Shown here: piece by piece, positions 56,698 through 64,000 of the stretch
Layout of the letters: each line of letters opens with the position of its first letter
Position numbering within the stretch: position 1 is the stretch's first letter
NCBI GenBank assembly: GCA_052426225.1
Contig: JBNJNM010000011.1
Coordinates: 3,534,001 to 3,598,000 of the forward strand
Source: Zancudomyces culisetae HAW-14-8
Taxonomy: Eukaryota; Fungi; Kickxellomycota
Direction: 5' to 3'
DNA: 64,000 bases
Position numbers and translations under genes: made by a program
Notes under the pieces: generated by a model
Database searches by the model: none
Told to the model about the DNA's origin: nothing
What the model saw: only the letters and a program-made list of their open reading frames with translations

Positions 56698-59198
56698 TCA
56701 CTTTTTGAAAAGTAGTTTGGAATACTCATCCTATAGAAGTACGGTTTTTGATGAAATTTACTTGCGTTTTTGTTATTTTTCTGAGCAATAATGACCATAG
56801 GATTGTGTTTAATAAATGTAAATGAGATATATCTTACAGTAATGTTTGATTTCAAGTTTGAAAATTTATCCTCAATAAAATTTCTTGATTTTGCAAATAC
56901 TCTAGAAAACGAGGACTTTGCAGTTACAAATGCTATTTAAAAGAATCATTATCCGAGTTAACAAGGGTGATATATAGAAATTATAAAGAAGAAAGCAAAA
57001 GTACCTATTATCACTGACAAGAGGGAGCCAAACCCAGAATACACTAATGGCAAATCAAAGGTTGAAAAAGACAGAGCGAACGATGCAGTCGAACCGATCT
57101 ATAACATGTCATTAAAAAGTGAAATATGGAGTCCCCAGAAACCTGTCTTCTTTAGATAAAGATTGAAAAGACACCTAGTAAAGTCACAAATATTCACAAA
57201 TATTCACAAATTATATAAGATAACGAATAAATGGGAACTGTCTATTTACCGCCGAAATCGAGTAGAACTTGACCACGGATAGCCTAATGTCGTTTATTAG
57301 GCCTTCTGAAAGGTAGTTATTTTCTGCAAACCCAGACTTAAATCTCCAAACATGTTTTGTAAGGAAATATGTGTCCGGCGTTTTTTCATCCGTAAAAGGG
57401 ATCTTATTTGGTGTGATACTACTCGTTGGCGACACAACCCCATGAATACCATGCTGATCCATAGCATTTTTAGCAATGTCATCAATAACCGATAAATCTT
57501 TTTCAAACATGGCTTTGTTGCTTAACAGTCCTTTGCTTAATCGCCCAGCCTCATAGATAGTCTATTATTAATGGTGTTAGCAAAAAATAAAGTTTTTAAC
57601 CAACAGATCATCAGTTTTTTTTTCCAAAAAATATATCTTACCTGAATTTCTGTCCTCAACAATATATTCTGCGCCAAGAGGAGCACGAATTCTTCATAAA
57701 CCCCATCAACTCTACCCAAAAGGCTTCTCCATATATATTTTTTATTCTCCCAGTTATTTAAACGTGCTTTTATCACAGATTTGTCTTCATCTAAAATTGA
57801 ACTCAACCGAAGCTCAAATCTCCCAATACTGCCCTTCATGCTGTTTTCATACTTCTCAACCAACATATGCGTTTTTTCTTTTTTGTTCCCAAGTATCCTG
57901 TTGATAGCTTTCGCTTTAACGAGATAGTCACTACATAACGTCATGATGTTTATATACTCTTCACGATCCTTGTCTATTGTCTTTTCTTTAAATATGGAAA
58001 GGAAATGTTCCACGATCGCACTTTTATGGGATAAGCGCAGCTTTATACCTGGTATTCCCAGTCCAAGCTTGATTATTTTTTTATACCTAGATACCTCGTC
58101 CTGATCTTGGAACTTAAGCGCCTCATCCTCGTGTTCTATTATAAACTCCGTATCGCATCTTGCATGAACAATTACCTTTTCCACAAGCTCCCTGTTCGCT
58201 GGTGTAAATAGTTGTTCAACATCCTCGCAATATACCACTACCTTGTTACTTTTCAAAATGTTTAGATACTCCGTCTCGTTGAGTAGAGATCGCTCCTCTA
58301 TTTAGCCAACCAGCCATTATTTTTTTTTTAAAAAGACATATAAACACTCTCAAATCTGCTTGAAAATACTACCAAACTGTCTTAGTACGTACCTGTATTT
58401 ATGTGTTTTATGTCAAAACCTAAATCCTGGGTATCCAGCGATTGCTCGATTCCAATCATAAGTTCGTCAAGTTTTACCTGGCTTGAAGGCTTACCAACAG
58501 TTAAAACTACGTTACAGTATTTTTATGTATATACACATATTGATGAGTAATGATATTGATGGATTTTCATTCTGTTATTTTTTTTCTTGGTCCCGGCTTT
58601 GCTTAAAGAATGGATCAAATCACAGAATTAACAAACAATGTTTTTCTTATTGTTTTATTTTCTGTTACTTATCCAAAAAAAATACACACAGTAGTTAATC
58701 GCTATTCTTACCTGAAACTACGTTATTGGTTTTGCTTTCTTCGATATACGCTGCCCTTTTAAGAAATTCACTGATTAAAAAATCAAACTCATGGTCCACG
58801 TTCCTCCCATAGCCTTTGATTGCATCTGTAGTGCTTTTCAGAATTTCAATCGTCTTGTTTGTATAATCTGATTGTTGCCCAATAACGTGGGTGTTTGTGA
58901 TGTTCGCCACATCAGATTCACTTTCTACTGTTTTCAAGCTTGTTAATGTACTATAACCATGTACACGCTGTGTGAATTGCACCGCAAACCCACCCGATAA
59001 AGGTGTTTTTATATTTATATTTAGACCTTTAGTCTCAGTCATCTTAGACCTTGCATTTACAGTCGCATGGTAAATGTTTTTTCGTATGCCCAAATATGTA
59101 CCTCTTAGTATGCGTGAGTGAGCTTTCGAAGCAATAGTGCTTTTTGCTCCTGAATACGCTATTGCTAGTGAGCTAGGATGTCTGTAGGAGCTGATCAT
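56698..59198 (-). CDS. Mitochondrial Mmc1-like membrane protein (about 7 exons)
   Basis: In-frame exons 59198-58712, 58506-58393, 58297-57642, 57561-57250, 57098-57005, 56932-56838, 56730-56698 (last exon least certain). WRSLLGRVD...LLRTEIQTIYEAGRL followed by hydrophobic segments resembles the Mmc1 C-terminal region. Basic presequence. Confidence 0.6.
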
Positions 59199-61435
59199 TT
59201 TGATGCTATACTTTTTTTAAAGCGAATGGCTTCTATATAAAATGCCCTCAATTCTAATAATAAAATCTTTGACCCAGCTTTTCTAACCTTGCCTCCCCCT
59301 TTTTTTTTGCTGATTTCAATAATTCAATACATTTTTATCGAGTTGGTCGATCAATGATTTCATTTGCACACCTTCCCATCTCTAACCTTTAAAACTTTTT
59401 GATAACAAATTTTGTCCAATAAAAGTCTCAAAAAACTGACATAACTGGCTGAAAAATCAAAATGAATGGTAATGCACCGCATACATACTTGGAGTTGATG
59501 GTATAAACATCCTCCACTACTGCTTTTTTTTTACTTTATCACGTAAGAAAAGCAAGAACCGTCAAGCATTTAAAAGTACAAATTAACACTCGGTGTACAT
59601 CTGTTTTTTTGGTTTTAGAATAATGGTTTTCACCTTTATTTTGAAAAAAAATACCAACACAAATATTAACCATGCCAATCGCCAATCCTGCCATTCTATT
59701 GATTTTTTTATAGTCTCAACTTCCTTTTGAAACGCTCATAAGGAACATATTTTCTATGCAACACAATAATGTTCTTATTAGCTTTAATTTTCATTACATT
59801 CGAGATAGACAGTTTTGATCTGCAAAAATACTGCAAAAATACTAGTTTGTGTTTATGGAGAGTACGCAATGCTTGGTAAGCAACCATAAAAAGCTCCTAT
59901 CTGTAAAATGATGGGGAAACAACGCCAATACTATTGGAATTACACATTTCCTAGAGTTTTCTTTATGCCGTTTCCACGTGAGCTGGAAAAATGTCTAGTT
60001 GATTTTCTATTGTATAAAATACATATGCTGAGTGCATTGTGAATACTTTTTAGGTCTTGTAAAACTTTATAGAGATGTACTATTATTTACACGTATTACG
60101 TATACAATATTTTAGGTAACATACTAAACAAGATAGAATATATATTGATATGTTGTTTGTATGTATATTATTCTTTGAATAACCAGAATTAGGCGAGTGA
60201 AATCGTACCTACTATACAGCTGAGTTGATACGACGAACCTCCTCATCAGCTAACTACTGAACCATCTGACTATTCATTACCCATTACATATGACCCAGCC
60301 ATCTACTTTTGCATTTATTACAAGTTTTTTTTATGAGCATGCAATCCTCAACTCAAAAAAGTTATTTGACTTCATTTTTATTAATATTACGGTTAGCTAT
60401 AGGGGTACACTGCTTTCTATAAGAAAATCGGTGCCATCTTGTTGTTTGCAGATAATTTTAGAAACTTGCAAATTTGGTGCATACACATACACATACACAT
60501 ACACATCTGGTATGTCCTTTGTCTGTATCACGGATCTTATAATCGGTTAATATGCATTCTCCAAACGAAAGCTTGGCTTGTCTAACCTCTTAGCACTGGG
60601 TCGAGTTTTTAGTGGATGGGCTTTACTCCAACCATTTTAATCCTGCAAAAAAAAAAAAGCGTGACAAAAAAAATTGGACCAGAAGCACTAGCTTATGAAT
60701 CTAATTCCGTTTACTAATACACAAAATTTATCAAATAGCGTGAATTTTAAATTGCCACGATTATTCACCAATAGAACTACAAGAATGATGTTCAATACAA
60801 AGAATTAGCAATGCAAACTTCCCCAAATGAACCAAGAGCTAGAACACAAAAAATGCATCAGACTATTTGTTGAAACAAATAAAAGCTAAATGAGTTTCGA
60901 GCTACGATAGCTCTTAGAATTTAGTGTCCAAACTACAATACAGATTTTTTCCAGTTAAATACACGCAGAATATTGTAGTGTTTGTCAATTGTTAAAATTT
61001 GCGAGTCAAAACAGCATATGCAAACTACTAAGTTACTACTTCAACATCAAGCCCTTAACTATCAAAGATTGATCGAAGCCAACAGAGGGTTTTTTTTATA
61101 TACTGGGAACATTGAACATAAACGTAAAGCCTCATTTGAAAGAGCAAATGTTCAAATACAAAGGAGAAAAACGAGTTTAAACACTATTATTAGGACTCAT
61201 ATAGAAGGCTATTTTATTCTCATTGGGTCGAGTATCTATTCAATCCTCTAATTCCTAGTAGCGGTTGAAAGTACTGGAAATAACATTAGAAATAGAAATC
61301 GAGACAGAACGAAACATTTGGACGGAATAACTAAATAATAAAAGACACCTTTTTTGAGCATCTTTTGTTGTTTACGAGAGTTATATGGATATATAGATAG
61401 AAATACACCCGGTTATATTTGTAGATAAGTTAGAA

Positions 61436-62659
61436 ATGGAAATAAGCGCACTTGTAAAAACAAACATTATCCTACTTGTGTTTGTGTATCTACCGGCATC
61501 AATCGTGCTATTAACGATTTTTCGGGTTATATATCTATGTATGACAAGGCGGGGTTATATACACCGGCTACTTGGTGAGTATGATGAGACAGAAGACGAA
61601 AGCTTTATAGAGACCTTTTTTGACAATGAAGAGTCTCGTCAAAATTACGATATGGCGCGGCTGTTCGAACAAAGGTATCCACATGGAACTGTGAATACGG
61701 AAATAACCCGTGAACAAGCGTTGCTGATTCACGAAAAGGGCGTAGGGGCATGGCAGCTTGAAGCAGATCTCTCGATCAATGCGCTTGTGCAGGATAAGAC
61801 AGAAGTTTTACTAATGGGAGGTGATAACTGCATTCAGTCTAACCTTCCTATTCCGAAATCAAATTCAACCTACTACTTTGAAGTGAAAATAACCGAGAAA
61901 CCGGCGGATGTGAACATGTGGATTGGAGTGGCCACAAAACCATATCCATATTGGAGAATGGTTGGGATGAACAAATACTCGGTTGGATACAACACATCAG
62001 ACGGTAAAGTACACAATAGCACACCTTTTAGAGGGGTAAAGATAGGTGAAAAGTGTATTGTGGGCGATACAATTGGTGTTGGACATAATCCCAGGGCTGG
62101 CTATGTATGGTTTACCCACAACGGTCGCAGATACTCCACAACGCTTATGGGCCTGAACTACGATTTGTTTCCATCTGTCTCTGCAGACGGACCATGCTCA
62201 TTCAGCGTTAATTTTGGTCAACGTGGATTTGTATTTATAGAAGCTAATGTTAAGAAGTGGGGTTTGGCGCCTATTGAGGGCTGTTTGCTTCCCCCTCCAA
62301 CTTATGGCGCCGATCATGGAACTGTTTTATTAGACGCTGCTGACGATCTGACAGCAGAAAATAACTCTGGATCTGTGCACGAAAACGATCCCTCCTCCAG
62401 TGACAACGTATCTATAACTATACGGAATTCTTCATTCAACCAACAGGGCTCTTCAAACAACCCCAGAATACCAAATAATGCTCCCCAAACCGCCCCGAAG
62501 AGATTTGCCCCTCCAAACTATCAAGAAGATGACCCAATAGCTATACAGATTCTAGAGGCTAAAAACACCAGAATTATGACATCCTCGCTAAAGAGCCACG
62601 CAACAGAAACCCAGCCGAATCTTTCAGAGTTTCTTGCTAACTCAGACTTTTTGCCCTAG
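61436..62659 (+). CDS. SSH4: SPRY-domain Rsp5 adaptor, Ssh4/Ear1-like
   Basis: N-terminal TM helix. SPRY motifs QSNLPIP, YYFEVK, IGVATKPYPYWR, GDTIGVG and VNFGQRGFVFIEANVKKWGLAP. PY motifs PPPTY and PPNY. Confidence 0.88.
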   Translation: MEISALVKTNIILLVFVYLPASIVLLTIFRVIYLCMTRRGYIHRLLGEYDETEDESFIETFFDNEESRQNYDMARLFEQRYPHGTVNTEITREQALLIHEKGVGAWQLEADLSINALVQDKTEVLLMGGDNCIQSNLPIPKSNSTYYFEVKITEKPADVNMWIGVATKPYPYWRMVGMNKYSVGYNTSDGKVHNSTPFRGVKIGEKCIVGDTIGVGHNPRAGYVWFTHNGRRYSTTLMGLNYDLFPSVSADGPCSFSVNFGQRGFVFIEANVKKWGLAPIEGCLLPPPTYGADHGTVLLDAADDLTAENNSGSVHENDPSSSDNVSITIRNSSFNQQGSSNNPRIPNNAPQTAPKRFAPPNYQEDDPIAIQILEAKNTRIMTSSLKSHATETQPNLSEFLANSDFLP

Positions 62660-63191
62660 TCGCTTTTATTTCTTTAGTGCTGTACTTTTCGGTATGTGTA
62701 TTTTTTGTTCGTTATGATACCTGTATTTAGCTATAACTTTGTGTTTTCTTAAAACCCTTCTTACCTAGTAACTTGAATATTGAATAATTATAGACCTTTC
62801 AAAACCACAATGTTTGTTGATGACTTTGCGTGTGCCAACAAAATCTGAAGTTTTTAAAAAAAAAAATTAGCGCGAACGAATGACGTAAACTTGGTTTCCA
62901 CTTTTATTTATTTTTTAATTTTTTTGCAGCCGCAAACCTGGACTTTCACAATTGAGCTTAAATTGCGGATTTGTAACTTTGCTTTTCACTCATATTAGCT
63001 GTTTAAATATTTTTTTGACTGTAAAGGCAAATAAAAAAGCAATACCTAAAAGAGGATTTGGAATCGGGAATTGCATTTTGGGCTACTTTTCTACATTTAC
63101 TTCATCTGCATCAATCGCTACTGAGAAACCCTCAACAAAAAATAGTAAATAAAATAAACGCTCCAGACGAGAGACCAACCGAAAGAAAAAG

Positions 63192-63952
63192 ATGATCGCG
63201 AATGTACAGCAGGCATCTCAAATATACGAGAGAACTTTCGAACTGATTGCTTCCAAAAGCAACTCTTCCACAATCGAGGATAATATAATGAATTTAAAGG
63301 TATTTGAAAGCGTTAAGCATGTCATTTCTTTCATCTTTGCTATTTTGTCTTTTTTTTGTTTTTTTAAAAAGGAATGTTATGGGCTAATGTATATACTAAT
63401 TAATAGAGATTTGTTATATTAAATTCGAGAACAACTCCACAAAAAAACGTGGAAATGTTGATATTCCACCGTGCAATTTTGGAACTAGGCGCTGAATGGT
63501 CTGTGCAAAAGGGACACGATCAAGAGTTTGAGCAATACATGATCCAGCTTCTTGTTTTTTATTTCGACTACTCCAATATTCTCTCTCCCTCTGACAAGAT
63601 GTATTATTTCATAGGATTAAACCTTCTGTTTTTACTAACTCAAAATCGGATATCCAACTTCAATGCACTACTTGAACGCCTCGACTTCGCAGTCATTCAG
63701 AACAACCCTTTTATATCTTATCCAATAAAACTTGAACAGGCAATCATGGAAGGCAGTTACAGAAAGGTCTGGAACGCCAGAAACGATGTACCAGCACCAG
63801 AATATTTGTTTCTGGTAGACATCTTGATGAATACTCTTAAAAACGAAGTGGCTAGTTGTGCAAACCAGGCATATACATCCTTGCCTCTTGAAGACGCCAG
63901 ATCACTTTTGTTTTGTAACTCAACACAGGAGGTTCATGAGCTTTGTAAAAAA
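63192..63952 (+). CDS. RPN12: 26S proteasome lid subunit Rpn12 (3'-truncated by window)
   Basis: Exons 63192-63299 and 63407-63952, then a GTAAGT intron running off the edge. Motifs RAILELGAEWS, FYFDY, IGLNLLFLLTQNRI, YPIKLEQAIMEGSYRKV and EVASCANQAY. Confidence 0.92.
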
Positions 63953-64000
63953 GTAAGTATTCTCTCATTTATGTTATATTTTTCCGCCTGTAATTGTACA

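Noticed and set aside
1-64000. Selenoprotein (in-frame TGA + SECIS), looked for because some early-diverging fungi use Sec
   Set aside because: By eye, no known selenoprotein motif or well-formed SECIS was found. TGA-adjacent Cys patterns (after the CMC1 stop at 45323; MPECPNCKA* near 51311) have no family support. A Seblastian/SECISearch run would be decisive.
1-64000. Transposons, CRISPR arrays, rRNA, telomeric arrays
   Set aside because: No RT, integrase or transposase motifs, no spacer-separated repeats, and no rRNA or TTAGGG arrays seen.

Overview
AT-rich, intron-containing eukaryotic DNA (introns GTAAG...CTAAC...YAG, about 85-210 nt) with a fungal gene set. Metazoan-like retained features (TRAP1, EF-hand proline dehydrogenase, TAF1 N-terminal FLFGN motif) and the style of the secreted proteins point to an early-diverging fungus. 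A Zoopagomycota/Harpellales insect-gut fungus is plausible, but this is inference only. About 20 protein genes were found: a 5'-truncated unknown gene, LCB1, PUT1, TAF1, RRP9, a Thr/Ser/Glu mucin-like secreted protein, a tandem DUF8032-like nuclear protein, prefoldin 2, a pacifastin-like + Gly/Ser silk-like secreted protein, ATG9, Asterix (PAT complex), MOB2, MIC12-like, FUM1, a CBM19-like secreted/anchored protein, CMC1, Tea4/Bud14-like, TRAP1, NAA10, MMC1-like, SSH4-like and RPN12 (3'-truncated). Several are spliced and partly or wholly missing from the ORF track, so I rebuilt them by hand. The most interesting signal is three apparently orphan secreted proteins that together look like a host-interface (adhesion / chitin binding / protease defence) toolkit. 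No tRNA, rRNA, CRISPR, intact transposon or selenoprotein could be supported.
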